From Sinorhizobium meliloti (GTDB lineage: Bacteria; Pseudomonadota; Alphaproteobacteria; Rhizobiales; Rhizobiaceae), in contig NZ_JAGIOS010000001.1 of NCBI RefSeq assembly GCF_017876815.1, forward strand, positions 1,740,001 to 1,772,000: 32,000 nt of DNA, in the 5' to 3' direction. Below, one piece after another: positions 1-7,928 of the stretch (the first letter of the stretch is position 1; each line of letters starts with the position of its first letter). The notes beneath the pieces were generated by a model. It did no database searches. It was not told where the DNA came from and worked only from the letters and a program-made list of their open reading frames with translations. Both the position numbers and the translations under genes were made by a program.

Positions 1-35
1 GGACAACCACCGAGTGCCGGTATTCGGCTGCTCCC

Positions 36-530
36 CTATATGGAGCGCTCGTCGAAGTTCGGTCTCGATCGAATGAACGTCCATAGACGTTTGCTGATAT
101 CGGTGATCTCGCGGACCGCATTGTCGAGACGCGCCATCTCGCGTGCATCCAGCTGCTCGACCTTGCCGTAGCGCACATCCTTCTCGCCTTCGACGAGCCG
201 CATCAGCTGCGTGCTCGAAATCTCGCCCTGCTCGTCGACGGAGTAGATGCAGTGATTGTACTTGTTGCGCATCTTCGATTGCTGCTTCAGGCGCTCGGTT
301 ATGGCGAGCACCTCGTCGCGAGTCGCCACGGGGATCCGCGGCAGCTTCGCCAGACGCTCTGTCAGATCGATACGCGCGCGGGTCGTATTCAGCGTCAGGA
401 AAACGACGATGGCCGCGTCCTTTTCCACCCCCAGAAGGTGGGCGATCACGTAGATCAGCAGGCTTTCGGTGTTGGTCCACACGTAGTTCAGGCGACCAAC
501 GAGCAAAAGCACATCCTGTGCAGCCGCCAT
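36..530 (-). CDS. hypothetical protein, 164 aa (track ORF starts at an upstream TTG at 542)
   Basis: Complete ORF, co-oriented with the HlyD-family gene and about 100 nt downstream of it. The ATG at 528-530 is preceded by TGGAGA with 5-nt spacing. I do not recognise the translation (MAAAQDVLLLVGRLNYVWTNTESLLIYVIAHLLG...) as any family. It has a moderately hydrophobic N-terminal third and a charged helical-looking C-terminal part. Confidence 0.5.
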   Translation of the reverse strand: MAAAQDVLLLVGRLNYVWTNTESLLIYVIAHLLGVEKDAAIVVFLTLNTTRARIDLTERLAKLPRIPVATRDEVLAITERLKQQSKMRNKYNHCIYSVDEQGEISSTQLMRLVEGEKDVRYGKVEQLDAREMARLDNAVREITDISKRLWTFIRSRPNFDERSI

Positions 531-628
531 GGCGATCTCCAAGCGGTCCCGAGAATGATGCGCCAGGACCGGATTTGCGCAATTGCATTTTCCGCCGATC
601 GAAACCGGCTTCCATCGATGTCCTGCAT

Positions 629-1981
629 TCAGGTCTCCTTGAACGCGCGCGACATGCTGTCTGTGATGGGCTTCGTCAGATATTCGAAGAAGGTGCGCTC
701 CGAGGTGGTGATCAGCACCTCGGCCGGCATGCCGGGCACGGGGTGGAAGCCGTGGATGCGTCCGATCTCGCTCGCCGGCACTTCGACGCGCACGATATAG
801 ACGTCGCGCTGCTGGCCGCCGGCTACTTCCTCCTCGATCGAATCCGCCGACACGTAGAAGACCTTGCCTTTCAGCACCGGCGTCGTGCGGCGATTGAGTG
901 CCGAAAGCCGGATCGTCGCGTCCTCGCCGACCTTGAGCTGATCGATGGCGGTACGCAGCAACTGCGCCTCGATGATCAGCGGCACATTGGCCGGTAGGAT
1001 CTCCATGATCGGCTTTCCGCTTGCGATGACGCCGCCGGCCGTATGGAAGTAGCTGCGCACGACGGTGCCGTCGACAGGCGAGCGGATGGTGGCGCGGCCG
1101 AGCACTTCTGACGCCTCCCGAACCTGCTCGCGTACGCCGTCGAGATCGGCCTCGGCCGCTTCGAGGCCATCGAGCGCCGCCTGCTTGTTGGTATTGACGG
1201 CGATGACCGCCTCCTGGCGGTAGCGGTCGATCTGCGTGTAGCTCTCCTTGACCTCGGATTCGAGCCGGCCGATCTCGCCGATCGCGTCGGCGATCGCGCG
1301 GTCCAACGCCATGAGTTCCGGGCGCCGGATCAGGCCCTTGTCGGCGAGCTTGCTCTTGGCCTCCCGCTCCTCGTTGAGAATCTCCAGCTGCCGGTTGAAC
1401 GATGCCTGCTGCAGAGCGTATCCCCTGGCCCGGAATTCAAGCGAACGGATGTTCTGGTCGATCAGGTTCAGCTGGTCGCGCAGCTTGATCTTCTTGCTCT
1501 GAAAATTGACGTTCTGGCTTTCCATGATGGCGCGGACGTCGGGATCGTCGGCCTGTCGGGCGACAATTTGGGGTACGCTGAAGGCGTCTTCGCCCACCGC
1601 CTCCGCCCTCAACCGCCCGACGACTGCCTCCAGGCGGAGGCGCTTGAGGTTGAGCATACGTGCGTTGGCCCGGGCGACCGTCTGGTCGAGCTTCACGAGA
1701 ATGTCGCCGGCCTTGACCTTGTCGCCCTCGGCGACCAGCAGTTCCTCGATGATGCCGCCTTCCAGATGCTGGACGATCTTGTTGTTGCCGTTGGCGACGA
1801 AGCTTCCCTGCGCGATGATTGCCGCGGCGAGCGGTGCCGCGAAAGCCCAGTAGCCGAAGCCGCCGAAGGAGATCGCGATCAGCGCCAGGCCAAGCAGGGT
1901 GTGGAGCCGGATCGAACGGGGGACCTCGGCATACCACTCCGCCGGATTTCGAGGTTCGCCGCTCCGCTTGTCGCTTTGCAT
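629..1981 (-). CDS. type I secretion periplasmic adaptor (membrane fusion protein), HlyD/PrtE family, 450 aa
   Basis: Translation from the ATG at 1979-1981 (MQSDKRSGEPRNPAEWYAEVPRSIRLHTLLGLALIAISFGGFGYWAF...) has one N-terminal TM segment. It then shows a lipoyl-like motif (AEGDKVKAGDILVKLD), a long coiled-coil and a C-terminal barrel (SPVDGTVV...GGVIASGKPIMEILP...IIEAQL...LKVGEDATIRLSA), as in HlyD-family T1SS adaptors. A GGAGAG RBS is present and the ATG lies 2 nt after the ABC gene stop. I rejected the extra 44 Arg-rich residues of the track ORF, which overlap the ABC gene. Confidence 0.9.
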   Translation of the reverse strand: MQSDKRSGEPRNPAEWYAEVPRSIRLHTLLGLALIAISFGGFGYWAFAAPLAAAIIAQGSFVANGNNKIVQHLEGGIIEELLVAEGDKVKAGDILVKLDQTVARANARMLNLKRLRLEAVVGRLRAEAVGEDAFSVPQIVARQADDPDVRAIMESQNVNFQSKKIKLRDQLNLIDQNIRSLEFRARGYALQQASFNRQLEILNEEREAKSKLADKGLIRRPELMALDRAIADAIGEIGRLESEVKESYTQIDRYRQEAVIAVNTNKQAALDGLEAAEADLDGVREQVREASEVLGRATIRSPVDGTVVRSYFHTAGGVIASGKPIMEILPANVPLIIEAQLLRTAIDQLKVGEDATIRLSALNRRTTPVLKGKVFYVSADSIEEEVAGGQQRDVYIVRVEVPASEIGRIHGFHPVPGMPAEVLITTSERTFFEYLTKPITDSMSRAFKET

Positions 1982-1983
1982 CG

Positions 1984-4071
1984 TCACTCTCCGTGAATGC
2001 GGGATTGCCCGCGGTCGCCTTCGGCCTTTGCGCCAAGCGCGGCGAGCACCTCGTTTCGGGCGCCGAACATCGCCACGGTGCCTTCGTGCAGCACCATAAT
2101 CTTGTCGACACACTGCAGGAGAGCAGGGCGCTGCGTGATGGTGACGGTGGTGATGCCCTCCTTCCTGGCATGCAACAGCGCGCGGGCAAGTGCGGCCTCG
2201 CCATTGCTGTCGAGGTTCGAATTCGGCTCGTCGAGGACGACGAATTTCGGATTGCCGAAGAAGGCGCGCGCCAGAGCTATGCGCTGTTTCTGACCGCCCG
2301 ACAGCGGGGCGCCGTCAGCGGCGACCACGGTCTCGTAGCCTTGCGGAAAGGTTGCGATCAGTTCGTGCACGTCGGCGAGCACCGCCGCCTCATAAACCAA
2401 GCTGTCGTCGACATCGTCGCGCATGCGGCAGATATTGGCCTTGATCGTACCCGGGAAGAGCTGGACGTCCTGGGGAAGGTAGCCGATGCTTTCGCCGAAC
2501 TGGCGCTGATCCCAGTTGCGCAGGTCCATGAGATCGAGGCGAACACTGCCGGACGTGGGCAGAATCGAACCGACCAGCATCTTGCCGAGGGTGGTCTTGC
2601 CGGAGCCGGAATTGCCGATGACCGCAAGCGATTCCCCCTTTGCCAGCGAAAAGGAGATGCCGTTCAGGATCACCCGCTTCTGCGGCGGCGGGACGAAGAG
2701 GATGCGCTCGACGTCGAGCCTGCCTTCCGGCTTCGGCAGGCGCAGCCGCGGGAAGTTCAAGGGCGAGGTGAGCAAGAGCTGCCTGATGCGCTGATAGGCG
2801 GCACGCGAGTGATTGAGCTGGTTCCAGCCTTCGATAGCCCCTTCGACGGGCGCGAGCGCACGCCCGGCAATGATCGAAGCGGCGATCACCATGCCGCCGG
2901 TCAGTTGCCCTTCCATCGCCAGATGCGCTCCCCAGCCGAGAAGTGCCACCTGGGTGAACATCCGCACGGCCCTGGAGGCGCCGGTGAACATTATGTTGCG
3001 GTCCTGAGCGTAGACCTGCGCCTTGAGCGAGGCCGCCGTCTCCTGGCCCCACATCCTCACCGCTTCCGGAATCATCGCCATGGCATTGATGATCTGGGCG
3101 TTGCGCGCCATCGAGTCGAGATGAAAATTGGCCCGGCCGAGCGAGGCATTGGCTTCGCTGAACGGTTTTGTCGTCGCCTTCTGATTGAGATAGGCGATGA
3201 CGAAGAGAACCGTACAGCACAGGATGACGATCATGCCGAGTTGTGGCTGTATGAGGTAGACCACGATCACGAAGAGCGGTGTCAGCGGAGCGTCGAGGAA
3301 AGCGGTGAGCGTGCCGGAGGTGATGAAGGCGCGAAGCTGCTGCAGGTCGCCCAATATCTGGTAGTCCCGGCCGCTTCCGTGCAGCGAGGCTCGGGCTGCC
3401 GCACTGAGGATCGGTGTGCCGAGCTGGACCTCGATTTCGACGGCGGTGCGCATCAGGATGAAGCGGCGGATCGCGTCGAGAATAACCTGGAGCGCCACGG
3501 CGCCGAGCACGGCGATCGTCAGCATGACCAGCGTGTCCTGCGAGCGGCTGGTCAGGACCCGGTCGGATATCTGGAACAGATAGATCGGGATGGCCAGGAC
3601 CAGGACATTGATGGCCAGGGTGAAAGCGATGACGATCAGCATGTTGCGCCGGACAGCGGCCATGCCGTTGTGCAGGCTGGCGGCGAAGTTCGCCGGTCCC
3701 ATGCGCTTGTGAAGCGTGCTCCGGCCGCCGCCGTTTTCGCTCGCTTGCCCTTCACCCGTTGCGCTCGGTTCAACCGGGCGAAGGTCGCCTTGCTTCATCG
3801 GGCCCGGATCATTGTCGATCGTTCGCGGCAGCCCTGGGGGTTGCCGGCGTCCCACCTTGGGAACCTCGCCCTCGTTGCGGCACGCATCGGTCGATGCCGA
3901 TGCTTGCTCTCGCTCCGAGAAGCTTGCCGCGGCTGCCTTTCCGTCCGACCCTGACCGCTTTCCGAAGCGTGTGACAGCCTCGGCTTCGGCCGTCCCGGGC
4001 AGCTCCAGCCGTGCGACATCGTGGCGCTGCGGCTTGCCTCGCCCGGCATACCACTTCGACATGTCGTTCAT
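1984..4071 (-). CDS. type I secretion ABC permease/ATPase, PrtD/AprD class (no C39 peptidase domain), about 695 aa including an N-terminal extension
   Basis: Walker A GNSGSGKTT, ABC signature LSGGQKQRIALARA and Walker B VVLDEPNSNLD are present. The TMD begins with LFQISDRVLTSRSQDTLVMLT, typical of T1SS exporters. The start is uncertain. The ATG at 4069-4071 has a GGGGAG RBS at 5-nt spacing. The track start at 4236 would overlap the upstream gene by 62 nt and has a poor RBS. Internal ATGs at 3798 and 3702 have no RBS. Confidence 0.9.
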   Translation of the reverse strand: MNDMSKWYAGRGKPQRHDVARLELPGTAEAEAVTRFGKRSGSDGKAAAASFSEREQASASTDACRNEGEVPKVGRRQPPGLPRTIDNDPGPMKQGDLRPVEPSATGEGQASENGGGRSTLHKRMGPANFAASLHNGMAAVRRNMLIVIAFTLAINVLVLAIPIYLFQISDRVLTSRSQDTLVMLTIAVLGAVALQVILDAIRRFILMRTAVEIEVQLGTPILSAAARASLHGSGRDYQILGDLQQLRAFITSGTLTAFLDAPLTPLFVIVVYLIQPQLGMIVILCCTVLFVIAYLNQKATTKPFSEANASLGRANFHLDSMARNAQIINAMAMIPEAVRMWGQETAASLKAQVYAQDRNIMFTGASRAVRMFTQVALLGWGAHLAMEGQLTGGMVIAASIIAGRALAPVEGAIEGWNQLNHSRAAYQRIRQLLLTSPLNFPRLRLPKPEGRLDVERILFVPPPQKRVILNGISFSLAKGESLAVIGNSGSGKTTLGKMLVGSILPTSGSVRLDLMDLRNWDQRQFGESIGYLPQDVQLFPGTIKANICRMRDDVDDSLVYEAAVLADVHELIATFPQGYETVVAADGAPLSGGQKQRIALARAFFGNPKFVVLDEPNSNLDSNGEAALARALLHARKEGITTVTITQRPALLQCVDKIMVLHEGTVAMFGARNEVLAALGAKAEGDRGQSRIHGE

Positions 4072-4174
4072 GCTCGCTCCCCTGCGCTTGCGCTTGAAGT
4101 CGTTTCGGTTCGAACCGTCCAACGGGTCTTCCGTTCGAACCTGTGCAGTCCCAAGGGCTCGAAGCGGATCGGCT

Positions 4175-6229
4175 TCAAGCCAGTATCGTATGCATGACGT
4201 CGCTCCACTGGCTCCCGGACTGGTCGGTGCCGACATCGCCGTCCATGTCTTCGCCTTGCCGCGCCGTATCCTCGCCGATAAAGGCGATGAGTTCGGTCGT
4301 CAGACCGCCACTTTCCCGCTGAAGGTCCGGCATCCCGTCGACTATTCCCGATTGAATGAGCACCGCGTCGGAATAGGACCCGCCTCCGACATAGGTCGTC
4401 CCGCTGGAACCGTCGAAGTCGATGATTTCGGCGACATTAACGACGGCATTGTTTCCCGTATGCACCGTGACCGAGGCCTCCGATCCATCTTCGAGCACCT
4501 TGCCGACGGCATACGAGACGGCATCGGCGTCGCCGAGAATGCTGACCTGTTGGACGATCGTGATGTCGTAGAGATTGCCGGTGATGAACAGGATGTGCAG
4601 GTCGGCATAGCCCTCGAAATCATGGTCTCGCAGGAGTTCGTCCGGCAATGTACCGTCGCCCTCGCGCATCTGGTCGGCGGCCTCATGAAAGTAGTCCGGC
4701 ATTGCCTCAAAGCGGACGCCGGAGCTCACGTTTTCGATCGAGGCCATGTTCCAGACGAGATTGCCGCCCGTGTCCAGCGCGATGCCCTTGCCGGCGGATA
4801 TGCCTGCGATCTCGTCATTGTCGTAGAGGATGGAGATCTGGCTGATGACGTTGAGATCGACTAGCCGGCCGCCGACGAGGACCAGATCGTAATGCTCGGC
4901 AATGCCGAGGAACGATGCGACGTTCACTGCCGTGTTGCCGCCGCTGAGTACGGTCGTCTCCGCACCCGTCCTGGTGACGGTCAGCCTGTCATTGTCGCTG
5001 ACGAAGTTGTACTGCTCGATCCAATGGACGAGGGAAAGGTCGCCTTCGACGACATTCACCTGCCAGTTTTTTGGGAATGTCGGAGATTCGGCCGGAATCT
5101 CCGGTTCCCCGGGAAGGCTCGCCCCGGATTCGCCTCCCCCGAAGCTTGCTATGTTCAGTGCGACGGTCGTGGTCATCGTCGCGCATGTACCGGAGATCGC
5201 GCCGTCGAGCGTGTCCCTGTCGGCATAGACGTAGGATTGCGAGATGACATCGATTTGATGGTAGTCGCCCATCACGGCGGTCACGGGTGCGGCCGCGGCA
5301 GTGCCGACGACGCTGGCAACATTGGCGACGACATTGGTCCCCGCGTCGATGTCGAGGTCGCCGTTCTGAAGCGGTTTGTCGAGGGGCGTCTCGGCGGGGT
5401 GCGCGGTGTGCTCTCGCCCGGGAAGATTGTCGCGCAGTTCCGGCGCGGTCTCGGCGCGGGTGCCGTTGACATAGGTGCCTTCAATGCGCTCTGCGATGAG
5501 AACGGCATCGCCCGACTCGTTCTTCACCAGTTCGTCCGGAGAGGCGGCTTGCGGAAGGTTCTCCGGTCCGCCTGTCGCGGGCGCGGCCGGAACGGCCTGT
5601 TGGCTGGTGCCCGCCATGGAGGCAAGTGCTTCAAGGTTCGCCACCCCTGCGGCGAAAGAGGCGGGCGCATCGGCGGCGCCGATCCGCGCGAAGGGCGAGG
5701 CTTCAAGGGCTTCCGCGAGAAAATCTTCGAGCGTTTGGTCAACATGCGTCAGGTTGCGCGGTTCCACAAGCATGCCGGTCAGGTTCACGACATCGTCGTC
5801 ATGAAGGGTGCTTGCCTGATAGATATGGCTGAACACCGGGTCGGGACCCGCAGGAGGCATCGTACCCGACGCTTCGGGGCCGTTGCCGGAGATGCCGTGG
5901 TCCTCCCGGGACCGGACATCCACCTGTCCGGCTTGCGCCGCGCCGGCCGGTTGGTCGAGGTGATGCCGTGACGGGGCTACATGATCGGCGGAGTCGAGCC
6001 GGGCGATGTCGTAAGCCCGGAGTTCGTAGGAGATATCGGGATCGTAGCTTTTCAACGCGAAGTCAGACCGGAAATCAGGCGATTGTACGTAGTCGGAATC
6101 TTCCTTTTGCACAGTCTTCGGGGTTTCATATCCCTGCAGGTATTCAAATCTTATACGCGCGTCATCGATAGCCGTGTTGAACAGCCCTATGAAATGCGCA
6201 ACGATCTCGTTGATCTTCTCCGAGTGCAT
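4175..6229 (-). CDS. 684-aa acidic repeat protein, candidate T1SS cargo (non-RTX)
   Basis: ATG at 6227-6229 with a GGGGAAGGA RBS, located immediately upstream of the ABC/MFP pair. There is no N-terminal signal peptide. Five degenerate modules carrying an N-x-A motif and a hydrophobic-x-Q-x-S-I-L-x-D-x-D motif span aa 296-631. The C-terminus is acidic then hydrophobic (...GEDMDGDVGTDQSGSQWSDVMHTILA). There are no GGxGxD nonapeptides. Confidence 0.7.
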   Translation of the reverse strand: MHSEKINEIVAHFIGLFNTAIDDARIRFEYLQGYETPKTVQKEDSDYVQSPDFRSDFALKSYDPDISYELRAYDIARLDSADHVAPSRHHLDQPAGAAQAGQVDVRSREDHGISGNGPEASGTMPPAGPDPVFSHIYQASTLHDDDVVNLTGMLVEPRNLTHVDQTLEDFLAEALEASPFARIGAADAPASFAAGVANLEALASMAGTSQQAVPAAPATGGPENLPQAASPDELVKNESGDAVLIAERIEGTYVNGTRAETAPELRDNLPGREHTAHPAETPLDKPLQNGDLDIDAGTNVVANVASVVGTAAAAPVTAVMGDYHQIDVISQSYVYADRDTLDGAISGTCATMTTTVALNIASFGGGESGASLPGEPEIPAESPTFPKNWQVNVVEGDLSLVHWIEQYNFVSDNDRLTVTRTGAETTVLSGGNTAVNVASFLGIAEHYDLVLVGGRLVDLNVISQISILYDNDEIAGISAGKGIALDTGGNLVWNMASIENVSSGVRFEAMPDYFHEAADQMREGDGTLPDELLRDHDFEGYADLHILFITGNLYDITIVQQVSILGDADAVSYAVGKVLEDGSEASVTVHTGNNAVVNVAEIIDFDGSSGTTYVGGGSYSDAVLIQSGIVDGMPDLQRESGGLTTELIAFIGEDTARQGEDMDGDVGTDQSGSQWSDVMHTILA

Positions 6230-6310
6230 TGTCCGATCCTTCCCCTTTCCGCAGCAAAGGGTGCCTTCGACCTCTTTTTTTCTTCAAACGGATACGAGTG
6301 AAGGAAACGT

Positions 6311-6326
6311 GCGGGCGTTCGCCCGC
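6311..6326 (-). terminator. intercistronic GC hairpin between the small and large cargo genes (possible attenuator or processing site)
   Basis: GCGGGCGTTCGCCCGC is a near-perfect palindrome in the 137-nt gap between the stop at 6367 and the start at 6229. On the minus strand it is followed by ACGTTTCCTTC, so the U-tract is only weak. Confidence 0.3.
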
Positions 6327-6366
6327 GATCGGTCTTCCCCGTTGCACGGCCGGAGCATCCGGTAAT

Positions 6367-6918
6367 TCATTCGACGTCGCCATCCGACCCCGCCGGGATC
6401 ACGCCCGGATCGCCAACGATGGTGCTGACGTCGGCGTTGCTGAGAAGGTTCGCGCCCTGGACGATTTCGTGGTGGAAGTCCGGATTTACCGGGCCTGGCG
6501 GCGTCTCCGTCGAGGGGTGGGACGCATCCTCGCCCTTGAGATCCCAACCATCCGGGGCGAGGCCGTCGGCACCAGGTTCTCCGCTACCTGCGCCGGGATC
6601 GGCATTGCCGCTCTTGCTGACGTCATAAGCACGGTCCTGATCGGCGAGGCTATTGGCCTGGGCGAGGCTGAACCCGGCTTCGTAGATGCTGGCGCCATTG
6701 CCCAGAACATTGTCGACGTCAAGGGAAAAGGAAAAGCCGTCGCCGAGGGAGAAGGCAAAGTCGCCCCCGGCGGTCTCGGTGAGACTGGTGCTGCCACCGG
6801 CAACCGACCTGCTGGACGTGTTCGTCGCTACGCCATCGGCAAGCGCACCCGTCTTCAGCTCGTCATCGGCACTGAAGTTGTCGTGGAGCCCAAGATTCTT
6901 CTGTGAGGAATCGGGCAT
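6367..6918 (-). CDS. 183-aa highly acidic Gly/Asp/Ser-rich protein, second candidate T1SS cargo
   Basis: The ATG at 6916-6918 is preceded by GAGGAAG at about 6 nt. The track start at 6963 lacks an RBS. By my count there are 30 Asp+Glu versus 6 Lys+Arg, and no Cys. There is no signal peptide. It contains the mini-repeats GDFAFSL / GDGFSFSL / EAGFSLA. It is the first gene of the apparent T1SS operon. Confidence 0.6.
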   Translation of the reverse strand: MPDSSQKNLGLHDNFSADDELKTGALADGVATNTSSRSVAGGSTSLTETAGGDFAFSLGDGFSFSLDVDNVLGNGASIYEAGFSLAQANSLADQDRAYDVSKSGNADPGAGSGEPGADGLAPDGWDLKGEDASHPSTETPPGPVNPDFHHEIVQGANLLSNADVSTIVGDPGVIPAGSDGDVE

Positions 6919-7928
6919 AAGCACTTCCTCATAAGAGGGGGAGCCAGCACCGAAACCCTTCATCTTTTATAGGATTCTTGAGGCGCTGGCTCTTTTGGCG
7001 GTTTAGCGGAAATGAAATCTTCCGTCTCTGCTTGCAATGTCATTTTGGCGCGATACTAAGCGCCTAAATTTATACGTATGATAAATTCATAGTCATAAGA
7101 TTTGGCATATAAACGTAAGTATCTATACTTCCGATCTTCTACGCGAAACAACGACCGAAGACGCACAAAATGTTGGTGCGACCATTGGAGTGTGATCTGG
7201 AACGCTGCTGAGTGAAAGCTACCTATTGTGGTTATGAGACTCGGCACCGGCCGCCTCGGAATTTTCGCCTTATATTCGATGCGCCGCAACCGAAGCGCTC
7301 GTTTCGAGCGCAGCTCGCGCTTCCCTCGCCATGGCTGTGCATATACATTGATCCAGCCGCTGCGCTAAGAAACTGAAAATACTCGAGAATGTTGATCGGA
7401 GTCGTGCAGGTCGTTTGCCGGGGCCCGCTTGGAACGCGGGAGTGAAGGCCGGCTGCAGGAATCCGTGGCGGAAAGTGCGCCGGCCACCTGCGTCAGCACC
7501 CGATCGAGTGTATTGGCCGCGGCCCGCATTACCTTCGCGATAATCCGATGTGAGTATCGACCTCGTCAAACGGAGTGGCGAATACTTGTCCGAGTTACTG
7601 CGAAGAACTTCGCGGGACTGACGAGGCGTAAGGTGCGGCACCCCTCAAAACCGAGGGCCCGGCGAAAGGCGCGAGTGGCGTTGCCGATCCCGTACGAATT
7701 TCGCGGATTCGCCCAAAATTGGTTCGTTCTTGAACGATTTAGACAGGATTGTGGCCGCCACCTAATCCTTTTGGGCGGTTTTACATCCCCCATATTTACG
7801 ATACATTAGCCAACATAAATTCTTTTTTTCCAGAAATTTTTTTTATCCAAGCAATTTTCACAACGCGGGCCTTTCTCCACATGGGTAAAAAACCCGTAAA
7901 AACCAAGGGGAAGTCCGAGGAGGGGATA
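6919..7928. promoter_or_regulatory. ~1-kb divergent intergenic control region with strongly AT-rich flanks
   Basis: No convincing ORF. AT-rich blocks lie at about 7040-7290 and 7720-7930 in an otherwise GC-rich window. Homopolymer runs T7 (7823-7829) and T8 (7837-7844) lie upstream of the LuxR gene. The region sits between divergent starts at 6918 (-) and 7929 (+). Confidence 0.5.

Noticed and set aside
1982-2113. N-terminal 44-aa extension of the HlyD-family ORF, and the 4072-4236 extension of the ABC ORF
   Set aside because: The extensions overlap the preceding genes, are Arg-rich or low-complexity, and lack an RBS. Internal ATGs at 1981 and 4071 have good Shine-Dalgarno sequences and give family-typical N-termini.
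1819-3954. 711-aa plus-strand ORF, with several shorter ones, overlapping the T1SS ABC gene
   Set aside because: It is antisense to a gene with unmistakable ABC motifs. The translation is Arg/Gly/Ala/Asp low-complexity, typical of open antisense frames in high-GC DNA, and no family motif is visible.
4175-6229. Classification of the 684-aa protein as an RTX toxin or haemolysin-type calcium-binding protein
   Set aside because: I searched the translation for GGxGxD nonapeptide repeats and found none. GGGESG and GGGSYSD do not fit. It is best described as a non-RTX repeat protein.
7056-7809. Three ORFs (77, 123 and 126 aa) inside the large AT-rich intergenic region
   Set aside because: They mutually overlap on both strands, have no RBS, and give basic low-complexity translations with no recognisable motif. 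I treated them as non-coding, although a decayed pseudogene in 7290-7720 cannot be excluded.
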